The notes: generated by a model from the letters alone, not told the origin. Counted from the stretch's first letter, positions 28,910-39,394 are shown. The stretch is 64,000 bases of DNA from Akkermansiaceae bacterium (GCA_031419275.1 JANOKJ010000185.1:5649-69648); one strand, 5' to 3'. Made by a program: numbers and translations.

Positions 28910-29848
28910 TTACCCTTTCAATACAGGCTTGCGCAAGTCTTTCAGAACTGACGCGAGCTGCTCCAGCTCTTTCACCTGTATTGCGCCGATGCTTTCTAGA
29001 ACCTCATGGTAGTCCGTCATGGCACGTCCGCCGACGATGAGTGCAATATCCGAAGGCAGCAATTCGCGCAGACATTTCAATTCTTCTGCGATCTGTGGGT
29101 CGTAACTAGGGTAGACTAAACTCAAGGCCACGACGCGCGCTTTTGTTTGACGGGCTGCACCGGCGATATGAGCAGCTGGCAGACTGGCGCCGAGATATGT
29201 GACTAGCCAGCCGAGATTTGCTGCCGCGGCACCGCAGAGTAGCGCGCCCATTTCGTGAATTTGTCCAGTTGGGGTTGCGATGACTATCACTGGAGCAATG
29301 CTATTTCTGGCAAACGGCCTGGCGGCATGACCGAGGAAAACACGGATGATGGCACTGGCAAAGTGTTCGTGCGCCGCAGTGAGTGTGCCGACGCTCCATA
29401 AGTCGCCAATGGCGTGTATGAGGGGAGCGATCACGCGTTGCAATAGATTTTGCGCGCCCAGTTCGATCATGGCGTATTTCAGCGTCTCCTCGAGCGAGTG
29501 GCTGTCGAGTTCCTTCACGGCCGTAATGCATTCGTCGAGATAGGTCTCTGCAGTGGTGCTCGTGCCTTGTTTGCGAGGAGCTTTGCGATTGGTAATGAGT
29601 GATTCTATTAATAATTCACGAAGTTCTTCAGTCGGCATAATTGCGACGTTGCCGATGCTGTGTCCGCTCTTGGTAATATCACGGAGCAAACAGAGTCGCT
29701 CGATTTGTTCATTGGAGTATAAACGGCGATTGGTTTCGGTACGCACTGGCTTTACGGCACCGTAGCGTTTTTCCCAAATTCGGATCACATGCGCTGTTAA
29801 TCCTGTGCGCAGAGTGACGACTTTGATTCCTTGGTTGGGTTCAGTCAT
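28910..29848 (-). CDS. CarH/LitR-type MerR regulator with cobalamin-binding domain
   Basis: MerR HTH (IRIWEKRY, RRLYS), W-x9-EH (WSVGTLTAAHEH), QIHEMG, SLV, GG. Confidence 0.88.
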   Translation of the reverse strand: MTEPNQGIKVVTLRTGLTAHVIRIWEKRYGAVKPVRTETNRRLYSNEQIERLCLLRDITKSGHSIGNVAIMPTEELRELLIESLITNRKAPRKQGTSTTAETYLDECITAVKELDSHSLEETLKYAMIELGAQNLLQRVIAPLIHAIGDLWSVGTLTAAHEHFASAIIRVFLGHAARPFARNSIAPVIVIATPTGQIHEMGALLCGAAAANLGWLVTYLGASLPAAHIAGAARQTKARVVALSLVYPSYDPQIAEELKCLRELLPSDIALIVGGRAMTDYHEVLESIGAIQVKELEQLASVLKDLRKPVLKG

Positions 29849-30244
29849 TTAAAGGTGCGGAATTTTGCAGGTTGGTGCTCTTTGGCAAGGTTGAATTTTT
29901 ATGATATTTAAATTTAAAGGAATATTAAACAAGCAAACCTCAAAGCATCCCGCACAAGGTTGAAACTCATTCATCTCAACGATTAGTTTTACGCATGAAT
30001 CATGGTGATCGCGGCAGGTACAGGCACGTTGCGGAAACCTATACGGTTGGCGATGGATCTATTGAATCCAAAGGTTTTTTTAGCGCGATTTGTCTGCTTT
30101 TGTTTATAGCTACATTTTCTGGTCACCGGGCCTTGGGCTGGGTTTCATGCGGTGCTGCTCGGCGATGGTGCCCTACCTAGGCTTTTGGTAAATCAGCTGA
30201 ACTCGGCACTTTTCATCTTGCGGACATGAGATGAGGATAGAGGT

Positions 30245-30997
30245 ATGAAGTTGGCGCGTATGGGGGATGGGGCAGAGATTTTTTACACCTTGCAAGGTGA
30301 GGGGGTGAATGTGGGGCTGCCGGCGGTTTTTGTTAGGTTATCGTTGTGTAATTTGCATTGCGTTTGGTGTGATACGGATCATACGTGGAATTTTGTGGGA
30401 ACGCCATGGGTGCATGAAAAGGATGGGCTTCCGAGTTATCAGAAGCATTGCAAAGAAGAGGCGATTATCGAGATGGGTGCGGCGGAGATCGCGGCTCAGG
30501 TGAGAAAATATGGGTGTCGGCATGTGGTGCTGACGGGTGGGGAGCCCTTGCTGCAGGAGGATGGCTTGCGGGAATTGATCACGGAACTCCGCTCGGATGG
30601 GGCGGAATGGTTTTTTGAGATGGAAACGAACGGGACGCGTTTGCCGGGGGATGCGCTGATGGCGGCGGTGGGGCAGTTCAATGTTTCGCCGAAGCTGGGG
30701 AACAGCGGGGTGGCTTCAAATTTGAGAGAAAAACCGGAGGCGATCCGCGGGTTAGTGGAAAGCGGCATAGCTTGGTTTAAATTTGTGGTCGAGAAAGAGA
30801 GCGATTTGGCGGAGGTGATGGCCTTGGTGGAAAGGTCTCAGATTCCGATGAATCGGGTGATTTTGATGCCAGAGGGGCGGAATATGGCGGAAATCGACAA
30901 GGTTGCTCCGTGGTTGGCGGAGAAGTGCAGGGATTTTGGGGTGAGGATGTCGGATCGGCTGCATGTGCGGCTATGGGGGGATAAGAGGGGGGTGTAG
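30245..30997 (+). CDS. queE: 7-carboxy-7-deazaguanine synthase (radical SAM)
   Basis: EIFYTLQGEG, CNLHCVWCDT, TGGEPLLQ, ETNGT, VSPKL, RLHV. Confidence 0.92.
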   Translation: MKLARMGDGAEIFYTLQGEGVNVGLPAVFVRLSLCNLHCVWCDTDHTWNFVGTPWVHEKDGLPSYQKHCKEEAIIEMGAAEIAAQVRKYGCRHVVLTGGEPLLQEDGLRELITELRSDGAEWFFEMETNGTRLPGDALMAAVGQFNVSPKLGNSGVASNLREKPEAIRGLVESGIAWFKFVVEKESDLAEVMALVERSQIPMNRVILMPEGRNMAEIDKVAPWLAEKCRDFGVRMSDRLHVRLWGDKRGV

Positions 30998-31021
30998 GGA
31001 AGACCAAGACTTGGATTGGGA

Positions 31022-31134
31022 AAAATCAAAAATCAAACCTCGTCAATCATCAATCGTCAATCATACCGGACGATCAAAGCGCCTTGTTCCATAATGGATT
31101 TACGATTGATGATTGTTGATTTTGGATTTTTGAA
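31022..31134. repeat. Inverted pair of heptamer arrays (AATCnnn / nnnGATT)
   Basis: AAAATCAAAAATCA..CAATCATCAATCGTCAATC ... GATTTACGATTGATGATTGTTGATTTTGGATTTTTGAA. Confidence 0.75.
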
Positions 31135-31192
31135 TGAAGAGATAAATATTCTTGCGAAACTTTTGGTTCTGGCGAGGGTTTCAACTGCAGCG

Positions 31193-31576
31193 ATGAACGA
31201 AGATAATCACAACGAAGAATGGAGTGAAGACGACAAGACTTGGCAGTTGCTGGGTAAGGCGGCTCCTAGGCAGGCGAGTGGTCGCTTTGCTGACGATGTG
31301 GTGCGTGCGGTGCGTTTGTTGCCGGAAGCGGATCCAGTTTGGCCGCGGATTTTGAGATTTTCCCGTTGGTCGCTGGTTGCAGCGTGTGTGATTTTGGTGG
31401 TTTCGATTTTCTCGGATCCGGTTGTAAATGACCCTGCAAAAGCACCAAACGTTGTGGATAACGAGGCGCAGTGGGAGCAAATTGAGGTTGTAGCTCAGGC
31501 TGAGTTATTGACCGCAGCAGCTGATCATTTGGATGATTTTAGCGATCAGGATCTGATTACGATGATTGGTTTTTGA
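31193..31576 (+). CDS. Hypothetical single-TM protein (anti-sigma-factor-like)
   Basis: WQLLGKA...SGRFADDVVRAVR followed by a TM helix; start moved past the repeat. Confidence 0.7.
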   Translation: MNEDNHNEEWSEDDKTWQLLGKAAPRQASGRFADDVVRAVRLLPEADPVWPRILRFSRWSLVAACVILVVSIFSDPVVNDPAKAPNVVDNEAQWEQIEVVAQAELLTAAADHLDDFSDQDLITMIGF

Positions 31577-31651
31577 GACCGATCGAGGAGAGTTTGAGAA
31601 AGCGGGTTGCAAAGTGGTGAGGAACGAGGCTAGAGTCGCCCTCTGAAATAA

Positions 31652-32056
31652 ATGGTTATGGCGATTGAAGGTGAAGAATTAGCGAAAGCATGTGTGAAGG
31701 CAGCGGTGGATATCCAAGCGGAGAATATCCGGGTTTGGGATATGAGGGGAGTTTCCAATCTGACCGATTTCATGATCGTGTGCTCTGGAACCTCGATTCC
31801 GCATTTACGGGCGGTCATTCGTGATGTCTCTGGATTGGTAGAAAAAGAGCATCAGGTTAAGCCGGTGAATTCCGAAGGTAAGGTGGATTCCAAGTGGGTG
31901 GTGCTCGATTACATCGATGTCATGGTGCACGTGATGGATGATGAGATGCGCGAATTTTATGGCCTCGAAGAGCTATGGGCAGAGGCAAAAGAGATGGAAT
32001 GGGATGGAACGGGGCAAGCCAATGGTGGTCAGCGTAAATCCAATTTCACCCGCTGA
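31652..32056 (+). CDS. rsfS: Ribosome silencing factor
   Basis: AENIRVWDM, TDFMIVCSG, WVVLDYIDVMVHVM, REFYGLEELW. Confidence 0.93.
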   Translation: MVMAIEGEELAKACVKAAVDIQAENIRVWDMRGVSNLTDFMIVCSGTSIPHLRAVIRDVSGLVEKEHQVKPVNSEGKVDSKWVVLDYIDVMVHVMDDEMREFYGLEELWAEAKEMEWDGTGQANGGQRKSNFTR

Positions 32057-33215
32057 AGAGCGAGTGGACAAAGTGAAAATCCGCGTTGGATGGACGCGGT
32101 TTGGAGTCATTTTTGCGGGCGTAGGACTGGCATTTTTCGGGGTTGGGATGTGGCGTATCGATGGGGTAATGGCTGCGATGGGTCTTTCAGCTTGGGTTTT
32201 GCTCGGGCTGGTTTGGTGGATAGGTGTCCGTAATCTCAGAGGACTGTCATTGGTCTATCGGGGGCCGAGGCGGGTTGAGGTGGCTAGGGGATTTGATGCT
32301 AAGTTGGAACTGCATTGTGGAGCGAGGTTGCTGGATGGATTTTATATAGATTTCGGGGTTGGCTTGATGGATGAAAAGGAAGTTAGCGGAAGGGTTTTAT
32401 GGTTGGGCTCGAATAGTTCAGCGCTGGTTGTGCGTTGGGTGAGCCTGAAACATCGTGGCTTGAAGCTGGATCAGAAGGCGTGGATTCGTTCCGGATTTCC
32501 GTTGGGGTTACTTGCGTTTCGAAGAGAAATGTCGGTTTCGGCGGAGATTGGAGTAGCTCCGTTCGGACGTGTTCCGAGAGAATTAAACTTCAGTGGATTT
32601 TTGTTAGAAGGTGCGCCATTGGGTGGATCGAAGCAGTTTGGAGGATTGGGGGATTGGAAAGGTTTACGGGAGTGGCGGAGTGGAGACGCGGTGCAAAAAA
32701 TCGCATGGGCTGCAAGCATGAGATCTCAAGCATCGGGTGGTGGTTTGCTGGTGAGGCAGGATGAACCGCCGGGATCGAACGCTGAGGCCTGCGCAGTGGT
32801 TTTTCATTCGTTTGGGACGGATAGAAATTTAATCCGGCCGGATCGGTTTGAGCGGGCGCTTTCATTGTTGTGTGGAGTGGTTGCCCATTTGTTAGGGAAT
32901 GGAATTCCGGTGAGGGTGCTGGCAGATTTTTGGGAATGGGAGCCGATGGAGGTGAATTCGAAGCGAAGTCTGGCGTTGTTGAAAGAGAAAATCATTTTGG
33001 TAAAGCGCGCAGAATGGACAGAAGCTCATAATTTGTTAGAAGCTTTTTCACAGGTGAAATCGAGAGAATGCCTGATCGCTATTTCCGATATGCCGCTTAT
33101 TTCGTGGAGAGCGTTGGTGCCGGCGACGGTATTGAATCCCGTGATTGTGGATATCACCGCTTATGAGAAATCGACGAAGCGGAAATTCATTAGGAGTAAG
33201 GCGGTGGCTCGATGA
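32022..33215 (+). CDS. DUF58-domain membrane protein
   Basis: N-terminal TMs, SGFPLGL, LREWRSGD...IAWAAS, FERALS; start uncertain. Confidence 0.8.
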   Translation: MVVSVNPISPAEERVDKVKIRVGWTRFGVIFAGVGLAFFGVGMWRIDGVMAAMGLSAWVLLGLVWWIGVRNLRGLSLVYRGPRRVEVARGFDAKLELHCGARLLDGFYIDFGVGLMDEKEVSGRVLWLGSNSSALVVRWVSLKHRGLKLDQKAWIRSGFPLGLLAFRREMSVSAEIGVAPFGRVPRELNFSGFLLEGAPLGGSKQFGGLGDWKGLREWRSGDAVQKIAWAASMRSQASGGGLLVRQDEPPGSNAEACAVVFHSFGTDRNLIRPDRFERALSLLCGVVAHLLGNGIPVRVLADFWEWEPMEVNSKRSLALLKEKIILVKRAEWTEAHNLLEAFSQVKSRECLIAISDMPLISWRALVPATVLNPVIVDITAYEKSTKRKFIRSKAVAR

Positions 33216-34909
33216 TACTTCGACTTGTGGTATTGATGCTGGCGGGTGCGTTAGCCTACGTCATGCTGCGAGGATGGCCGGAAGCGATTCCTGTTTTGCC
33301 CAGGGCATTTGTTGCAATACTGCTTGTTTTGATTGCATTGGCTTGGTGGACGGCTGGGCGGAAGCCTAAGGATGTGCATTTGGTGAAGGCTGGACGCAGG
33401 TTCAGATGGTTAGATTTTGGTGCGATCGGATTGGCTTTGCTTGCCTTTGAATGTGGCTTTCTGTGGTTTTTGAGTGCTGCGCCTGAGCCGTTGGAAGATT
33501 TAGCAACACGGTTCGAGAAGCAGTTTCGGCCTGAGGCGGCAAAAGCAAGGGATGCACGGGCGAATGATACCGTAGGTGGTAACTGGCTTTGGGACAATCA
33601 GCGCCAGAGATCGTTACCATTGCGTACGAATTTGAAGCCAGGAATGAAGCCGGAGGTTTTCGTGCGATTGTTTAATGAGAAAGATTCGGAACAATTACTT
33701 AAGCGTCAGGTGTATGTACGTGCCTTTGCATTGGATCGATATCTTGATAGCGCCTGGAGTTCTAGCGGTTCAGGGTCGCAGCCGATTTCAGCAGACACCA
33801 AGGGATGGATTCGATTTTCTAAATCTAGTAGCGGAGAGATTTTGCATGAGGTTTTTCATGGCAGTGATCCCAGCGGAATGAATGTTTTCACCGCTTTGCA
33901 GGGAGCAAGGGCGGTGCGAGTGCCTTCATTGACGGTGGAAGGTGAGGGATTGATCATGCTTCCCAAAGCACCCGATGAGTTAGGATATGAGTACTTGGCA
34001 AGTTCGCTGCCGGTGATGCTCGCTGATGTGTCGGAGGCGGATTCTAAGTCTTATAGAGTAAAGTCTCCGGATGCGGGTTCACGGATTGGGCAGTTGGTAT
34101 TAAGGGTTGCGGGGGAGGGTAATTTGTTAGAAAGGCTTAAAAAAATCGAAGATTATTTACGGAAGACTTATCAATATTCCTTGGTTACCGAGAACCGTAA
34201 AAATCTGGATCCGATTGATAATTTCCTATTTGAGGAGAGGCGAGGTCACTGTGAACTTTTTGCAACAGCAGGAGCGTTGATGGCTCGAGAATTAGGGGTT
34301 GAAACGCGAGTGGGGTATGGTTGGGCGGGTGGAAAATATTTCAAGATTAACAACACGTTCATGTTTCGTGCGAAAGAGGCGCATGCGTGGGTAGAGGTGA
34401 AACTTGAAGGATATGGATGGGTGTTGATGGAGCCGACTCCGCCAGTCGCTATGGGTGAGGCTTTGTCGCGTGTGGCGGAAGCGAATGAGAAGATGCCGAC
34501 TCCTGAGGAAATGATTCAAGAGGAGTTAGCCGCTATGGATCAGGGCCCTGCAAGTTTATCGAGTTGGGCAATTGGATTAACGGGTTGCTTTGGCGTCGGC
34601 GCGCTTTTGTTGTTTATTCTCAGAAGGCGGACGCTAGAGGACTCCTCGAGGAGTGGATCGCTTTCAGCCACAGGAAAGCGTAAGGAAGCGGGTTATTTCA
34701 CTGCGTGGCGCAGAGCGGTTGGGAGGCGTGGTGTTAGAAATGAAGCGGGACTGACTGTTCGTAGCCAGGTCGAGAGCTTGGAGGATCCACCGCACTTTTC
34801 AGAAGAGCTGATTCGCTACCATTACGCAGTCAGATACGAGGGGGTTCCAGCCGATCCGAAACTCGAGCGTGGGATAGAGAAGAAGATCGAGAAGTGGGAA
34901 GACTCCTGA
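33212..34909 (+). CDS. Transglutaminase-like (TgpA-type) membrane protein
   Basis: FLFEERRGHCELFA, RVGYG, AHAWVEV...GW...EPTP. Confidence 0.88.
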   Translation: MILRLVVLMLAGALAYVMLRGWPEAIPVLPRAFVAILLVLIALAWWTAGRKPKDVHLVKAGRRFRWLDFGAIGLALLAFECGFLWFLSAAPEPLEDLATRFEKQFRPEAAKARDARANDTVGGNWLWDNQRQRSLPLRTNLKPGMKPEVFVRLFNEKDSEQLLKRQVYVRAFALDRYLDSAWSSSGSGSQPISADTKGWIRFSKSSSGEILHEVFHGSDPSGMNVFTALQGARAVRVPSLTVEGEGLIMLPKAPDELGYEYLASSLPVMLADVSEADSKSYRVKSPDAGSRIGQLVLRVAGEGNLLERLKKIEDYLRKTYQYSLVTENRKNLDPIDNFLFEERRGHCELFATAGALMARELGVETRVGYGWAGGKYFKINNTFMFRAKEAHAWVEVKLEGYGWVLMEPTPPVAMGEALSRVAEANEKMPTPEEMIQEELAAMDQGPASLSSWAIGLTGCFGVGALLLFILRRRTLEDSSRSGSLSATGKRKEAGYFTAWRRAVGRRGVRNEAGLTVRSQVESLEDPPHFSEELIRYHYAVRYEGVPADPKLERGIEKKIEKWEDS

Positions 34910-34921
34910 GAGGCAAACGAT

Positions 34922-35980
34922 CTAGAAATCGAGAAGTTGAACCTGCCATTTCATGAGGAGTTCAGCTGGCTGGGCTTCTTTTGCTGCGATCGATTCAATG
35001 ATGGCGCGAGAAGCAAGGAGTGAACCATCGATTCCGAGCTCGATTCCAATTTGATTGCGGCGTGCGATCATGGAATCGACGCGATCATCAAAATCGCGAT
35101 CTTTTTTGCGGCGTAATCCGATGGGTCTTGCTGGCCACTCGCTTTCAGGGAGGGAGTAAACGGTGTCCTGCATTTCTTTAAAACGTTTGATGCGGTCACC
35201 GCGGAAATGGTGCGGAAGTTGGATGGGTTTCTTATCGGCCATCTGAAAGCACCATTCGATGAGTTGGCGGTTGGGGGCAACCATGAATGAGGGTCTATCC
35301 CATGCTTCTGCTTCCTTGTCGCGCCAATGCCACAGGCCACGAAGGCAGGCGAGGCCGAAGGGGTTGAGTTTTCCGGATCCGGAAATACGCCATGCTTCGT
35401 CGCGGCTTTCGTCGCGTTCCTCTACTTTGACTTTTGCGGATTCACAACTTTCGAGAAACCATGAGTAGCGATCGACTTCTTTAAGTTTGGAGACGATTTT
35501 ATCGCCCATTTCCAGGAGGTAACGAACGTCGTTGAGTGCGTATTCGATCATCGTGGGGGATAGCGGGCGTTTCCCCCAATCCGCTTTTTGCGAAGATTTC
35601 GAGAGGACGACGCCGAAGTAATGTTCCACTAAATTTCCGAGGCCGAATTTTTCGACGCCGAGCAAGCGTGCTCCGATTTGGGTGTCGTAAATATGTTTAG
35701 GTAAGCAGCCGAATTCGCGTTTCAGCATGGTCATGTCATAATCGGCTCCATGCATCCAAACGGTTGCATCCCGTAGGTAGTGATCTAGTGGACTGAGGTC
35801 TTTGATGGCGAGTGGGTCGATCAAGACGCATTCTTCGCCAGCGGTAAACTGGACGAGACATAGCGATTCCTTATGGCGGTGCAGGCTATCTGCCTCTGTA
35901 TCGATGGCGCAGACGTTATCTCCTTCTCGAGGGTCGCATTTATCAAGAAATTCCTTGAGTTGAGAGGTGGTGCTTATCAT
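34922..35980 (-). CDS. rnd: Ribonuclease D (3'-5' exonuclease + HRDC)
   Basis: AIDTEADS, HGADYD, DTQIGARLLG, DWGKRPL, YALNDV. Confidence 0.92.
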   Translation of the reverse strand: MISTTSQLKEFLDKCDPREGDNVCAIDTEADSLHRHKESLCLVQFTAGEECVLIDPLAIKDLSPLDHYLRDATVWMHGADYDMTMLKREFGCLPKHIYDTQIGARLLGVEKFGLGNLVEHYFGVVLSKSSQKADWGKRPLSPTMIEYALNDVRYLLEMGDKIVSKLKEVDRYSWFLESCESAKVKVEERDESRDEAWRISGSGKLNPFGLACLRGLWHWRDKEAEAWDRPSFMVAPNRQLIEWCFQMADKKPIQLPHHFRGDRIKRFKEMQDTVYSLPESEWPARPIGLRRKKDRDFDDRVDSMIARRNQIGIELGIDGSLLASRAIIESIAAKEAQPAELLMKWQVQLLDF

Positions 35981-36088
35981 GCGTGGATTTCTGGAAAGGC
36001 GTCGAAAAGAGTCAGGGAAGGTTGTTTAGTAACCCAATTTTTAGTCAACAAAAATGAACTATTTTGGGTAAGATGAATTGGGAATGTC

Positions 36089-36784
36089 TTATTTTGGGGC
36101 TTTTTCCAGGATTTTGATATTCCTGTATGAACACTCGTCCTGATGATCGGTCAGCATGATGTGTCCTTCTGTTTTGTCACCGTAGGCCTTGGCGTTCTTG
36201 AATTTGGTTTTTTGGATCGCTGCCTTGAGTTCTGGGCTGCCAAGTTCATATTTTACGATTAATGCTCCATTTAGCCAGTGTTCCACGCGATTGCCGTCGA
36301 TGACTAGCTTGGATTCGTTCCATTCGCCAACGGGGTTTAGTTTTTTGAGTTCATTGGCCGCGATGAGGGCATAAAGTGCGCCAGATTGATGGGTTGTGCG
36401 GTTTATGCTGTCACGGTGACCGTTGTCATCGATCATCTGATATTCAGGACCAGGGGCTGATGGGCGGGCTTCATCAACTAAGTATTTAATACCATTGTTG
36501 CCTTTAGGTGATATTTTCCATTCCCAAGTCAGAGTGTAGTCATTGAATTTACGGTTGGTGATGATATTGCCACCATTGACTTTTCCTAGCTTGGTGAGGA
36601 TTCCATTTTCAATCTTCCAGCCTGAATCGGGTCGATTTTGGGATCCGTAAGCACGCCAGTTATTGAGGTCTTTGCCATTAAAAAGGAGCTGCCAGCCATC
36701 GGCTTTTTCTTTATCTGTGAGTGTATTGGGTTCGGCGGCAAAGAGTTGCACCGAGAGTAGAACAAGAGTCAGAAGGATTTTCAT
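36089..36784 (-). CDS. DUF1080 family exported protein
   Basis: GWQLLFNGKDL, GPEYQMID, GEWN, EHWLNG, GHIML.DH, YRNIKI. Confidence 0.9.
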   Translation of the reverse strand: MKILLTLVLLSVQLFAAEPNTLTDKEKADGWQLLFNGKDLNNWRAYGSQNRPDSGWKIENGILTKLGKVNGGNIITNRKFNDYTLTWEWKISPKGNNGIKYLVDEARPSAPGPEYQMIDDNGHRDSINRTTHQSGALYALIAANELKKLNPVGEWNESKLVIDGNRVEHWLNGALIVKYELGSPELKAAIQKTKFKNAKAYGDKTEGHIMLTDHQDECSYRNIKILEKAPK

Positions 36785-36815
36785 GGTGTTGATGAAGGAT
36801 GAGAAGGGAACGGGG

Positions 36816-38219
36816 TTATTTGAGCTTTATTACTGCGGGAGGGGAAGCATTTCCGTAACGATCAAAAGAGGTAATGGCGATTGAATCAGTCGTTTGAAGC
36901 TTCATGGATTCAGCGTTTGCAGGGACGATAGCATGAGTTTTCCAAATATTTCCGGACTTGGATTGAATGGCGATTTTTGAGAAATCCCCAGCCTTCCATT
37001 GAACGGTCGTTTGATTTTGTTTCTGAGAAACCTTGGCCTGCGGAGTAGCGGGTTTGGATTGGCTAAGCCATGGCATAGCCGGTATGGCTGCGGGCTCAGG
37101 GTAGATTTTGGAAAGTTCCGCATTGATGCCGCCTAGGTCGTTGATGAGTCCTTTCGCGCTCCAGTGGATGTGGCCGTTCGGGTTGGTTCCGATGGTGCGT
37201 GAGAGTCTGATTTGATTGATGATTTCGGAGGGGAGGCGGTCCGGATCTTCTTTGGATTGGATACGGGTGGTTGCGATTCCCGGCCAAACGGGGCGAGTGC
37301 CTTGTTCGCGCCACCATTTAAGAAGGACGGGGTATGATTGTTTTTTGGGTTCGATTCTCCAGTAAAGCTGTGGAGCTAGATAATCTAGCCAGCCATTTTT
37401 AAGCCATTTTCTGGAGTCTGCGGCGAGGTGCTCATAGGAATCGACACCGGCCTCGATTCCTTCGGGGATACCTGGGCGCCAGATTCCGAACGGGCTGATG
37501 CCGACCCGAACCCATGGTTTTTCTTTTTTCACGGATTGGTAGAGTAGTTGAATAAAGGCATCGACGAAGGCGCGGCGTTCGGCTGGGGTTTTGCCATCTT
37601 CGAAACTGAGGTTTCCGGATGGGTAGGGGTAAAAATAATCATCGAGATGGATGCCATCGACATCGTATCTGCGAAGGACATCGAGGATGGCTGTCATGGC
37701 CTGTGAGCGGGTATCGGGATGCGATGGATCTGCCCAGAGCATGGTTCCGTAGGTATGGATGATGTTGGGTTTGGTCTGGCTGATATGGTCTTTGGAAACG
37801 GGATGATCCTTGTTAGCCATGGCACGGAATGGATTGAACCATGCATGGATTTCAATGCCGCGGGCGTGGCCTTCTTGAATCCAATAAGCGAGAGGATCGT
37901 AACCCGGGGATTTCCCCATCGTTCCTGTTAGCCATGGTGACCAAGGCTCGTGATTGGATTTGTATAGCGCATCTGCTTGAGGCCGCACTTGGAAGATGGC
38001 GGCGTTCATATTCAGCGAGACGAGTTTATCTAGAATGGCTGTAGCTTCGGCTTTTTGCTGGGCTTCGCTCAGTCCTTTTTTTGATGGCCAATCGATGTTG
38101 TATACTGTCGCGATCCATGCGGCGCGGAATTCACGATTGATGCTTGGTGGTATTTCCTGTGCGGAGAGATATGCGATCGGTAATATCGCATACAAGATTG
38201 AGATAATCCATCGAATCAT
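36816..38219 (-). CDS. GHL10/DUF187 (YngK/DigH-like) glycoside hydrolase
   Basis: EFRAAWIATVYNIDWP, FQVRP, HAWFNPFR, DGIHLDDYFYPY, DYLAPQLYW; start moved to ATG 38219. Confidence 0.9.
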   Translation of the reverse strand: MIRWIISILYAILPIAYLSAQEIPPSINREFRAAWIATVYNIDWPSKKGLSEAQQKAEATAILDKLVSLNMNAAIFQVRPQADALYKSNHEPWSPWLTGTMGKSPGYDPLAYWIQEGHARGIEIHAWFNPFRAMANKDHPVSKDHISQTKPNIIHTYGTMLWADPSHPDTRSQAMTAILDVLRRYDVDGIHLDDYFYPYPSGNLSFEDGKTPAERRAFVDAFIQLLYQSVKKEKPWVRVGISPFGIWRPGIPEGIEAGVDSYEHLAADSRKWLKNGWLDYLAPQLYWRIEPKKQSYPVLLKWWREQGTRPVWPGIATTRIQSKEDPDRLPSEIINQIRLSRTIGTNPNGHIHWSAKGLINDLGGINAELSKIYPEPAAIPAMPWLSQSKPATPQAKVSQKQNQTTVQWKAGDFSKIAIQSKSGNIWKTHAIVPANAESMKLQTTDSIAITSFDRYGNASPPAVIKLK

Positions 38220-38251
38220 AATAAGGTGATGGGGCTTATCTAGCAGATAAG

Positions 38252-39394
38252 TTACTTGATTCCTTTGAGGATCTGGGTGCGGAGTTCGACGATGTCGATT
38301 TGTTCGCTGTGAGTCCAGAGGATCTCGCCTTCTGGTGAGATGATGACGGTGAAAGGAAGGGCACCGGTCCATTTTGGATAGATCGCTTCTGCTAGCTTGT
38401 CGGGATTACTTTCGCTCCAGATATAGTTGTTAGAAGTGCGGCCTTCTTTTTCCATAGAGGGTTTGGTCCGACCCGAGAGAGCGGCGTGGCGTGATTCCAG
38501 GAATTTCTTTGCTTTCGCTTTTTGTTCGACTGGATCCATGGAGATAGAAATGAAATCCACATTACGATTTTGAAAGCGGCGGTAGGTGTCTACGAAATCC
38601 GGGAATTCCGCAACACAAGGGCCGCAAGTGGTGGACCAGAAGTTGATGACACGGACGTTACCGGATTTGTTTTCGCGGATTTTTTTCGCGAGTGCTTCGT
38701 CTAGTTCATCGAGTGTGACTGGCATTTCTTCCCATGCTTTTTGTTCTTTTACGACGCTCTCTGCTTTGAAAAGCCATTTGGTTGAGCAGCCGAATGAGCG
38801 AGTGACGGGTTCAGCAATTTCTTTGCCGGTGAGGAGGGAGTCAAAGGCATTTCGGAGGTAGGATTTTTCCACAGGACCTGAAGCTCTCGCAGCGTCATCC
38901 ATGCGTCCAGTGTAGCGGAGTTTACGTTCGGAATCGAAAACGAAGACATGAGGAGTGGACTGAGCTCCGCATTCGGTGGCAAATTTTTGATCCTTCGCAT
39001 CGTAGAGGTAGGGAAAAGTCCAGCCATGACTATCGGCGAAGGGTTTCATTTCCTCAAAGGAATCTCCGTATGGGGAGTAGCCAAGTTCGTCGGGGCGAAG
39101 GGCAATTGGATTATTCGAGCTTACGGCAACAACAGCAACGCCCTTGTCTTTATAGTCCTTATGGATTTGTTCCATACGAGATGCGGCGGCGACGGAATCG
39201 GGGCAATGGTTACTGGTGAAGATGATGCAGAGAATTTTTGACTCCGCGTATGTTTTCTCGCTGTGGGTTTTTCCATCAATGCCCGGTAAGGAAAACGCAG
39301 GCATAGGCGAGCCGATAGGAAGGACTTTCGGGATTTCGTTAGATAAGGCTAAGCTGCTTAAAATGGGAAATAATAGAAGTAAGATACGTTTCAT
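38252..39394 (-). CDS. Exported tandem redoxin (PRX-like + TlpA-like)
   Basis: SNHCPD and GCSTKW in domain 1; NFWSTTCGPC in domain 2; signal peptide from ATG 39394. Confidence 0.85.
   Translation of the reverse strand: MKRILLLLFPILSSLALSNEIPKVLPIGSPMPAFSLPGIDGKTHSEKTYAESKILCIIFTSNHCPDSVAAASRMEQIHKDYKDKGVAVVAVSSNNPIALRPDELGYSPYGDSFEEMKPFADSHGWTFPYLYDAKDQKFATECGAQSTPHVFVFDSERKLRYTGRMDDAARASGPVEKSYLRNAFDSLLTGKEIAEPVTRSFGCSTKWLFKAESVVKEQKAWEEMPVTLDELDEALAKKIRENKSGNVRVINFWSTTCGPCVAEFPDFVDTYRRFQNRNVDFISISMDPVEQKAKAKKFLESRHAALSGRTKPSMEKEGRTSNNYIWSESNPDKLAEAIYPKWTGALPFTVIISPEGEILWTHSEQIDIVELRTQILKGIK

Noticed and set aside
29850-30244. preQ1 or cobalamin riboswitch upstream of queE or carH
   Set aside because: No recognisable aptamer consensus by eye; only a lone REP-like GTGCCCTACC remnant near 30170
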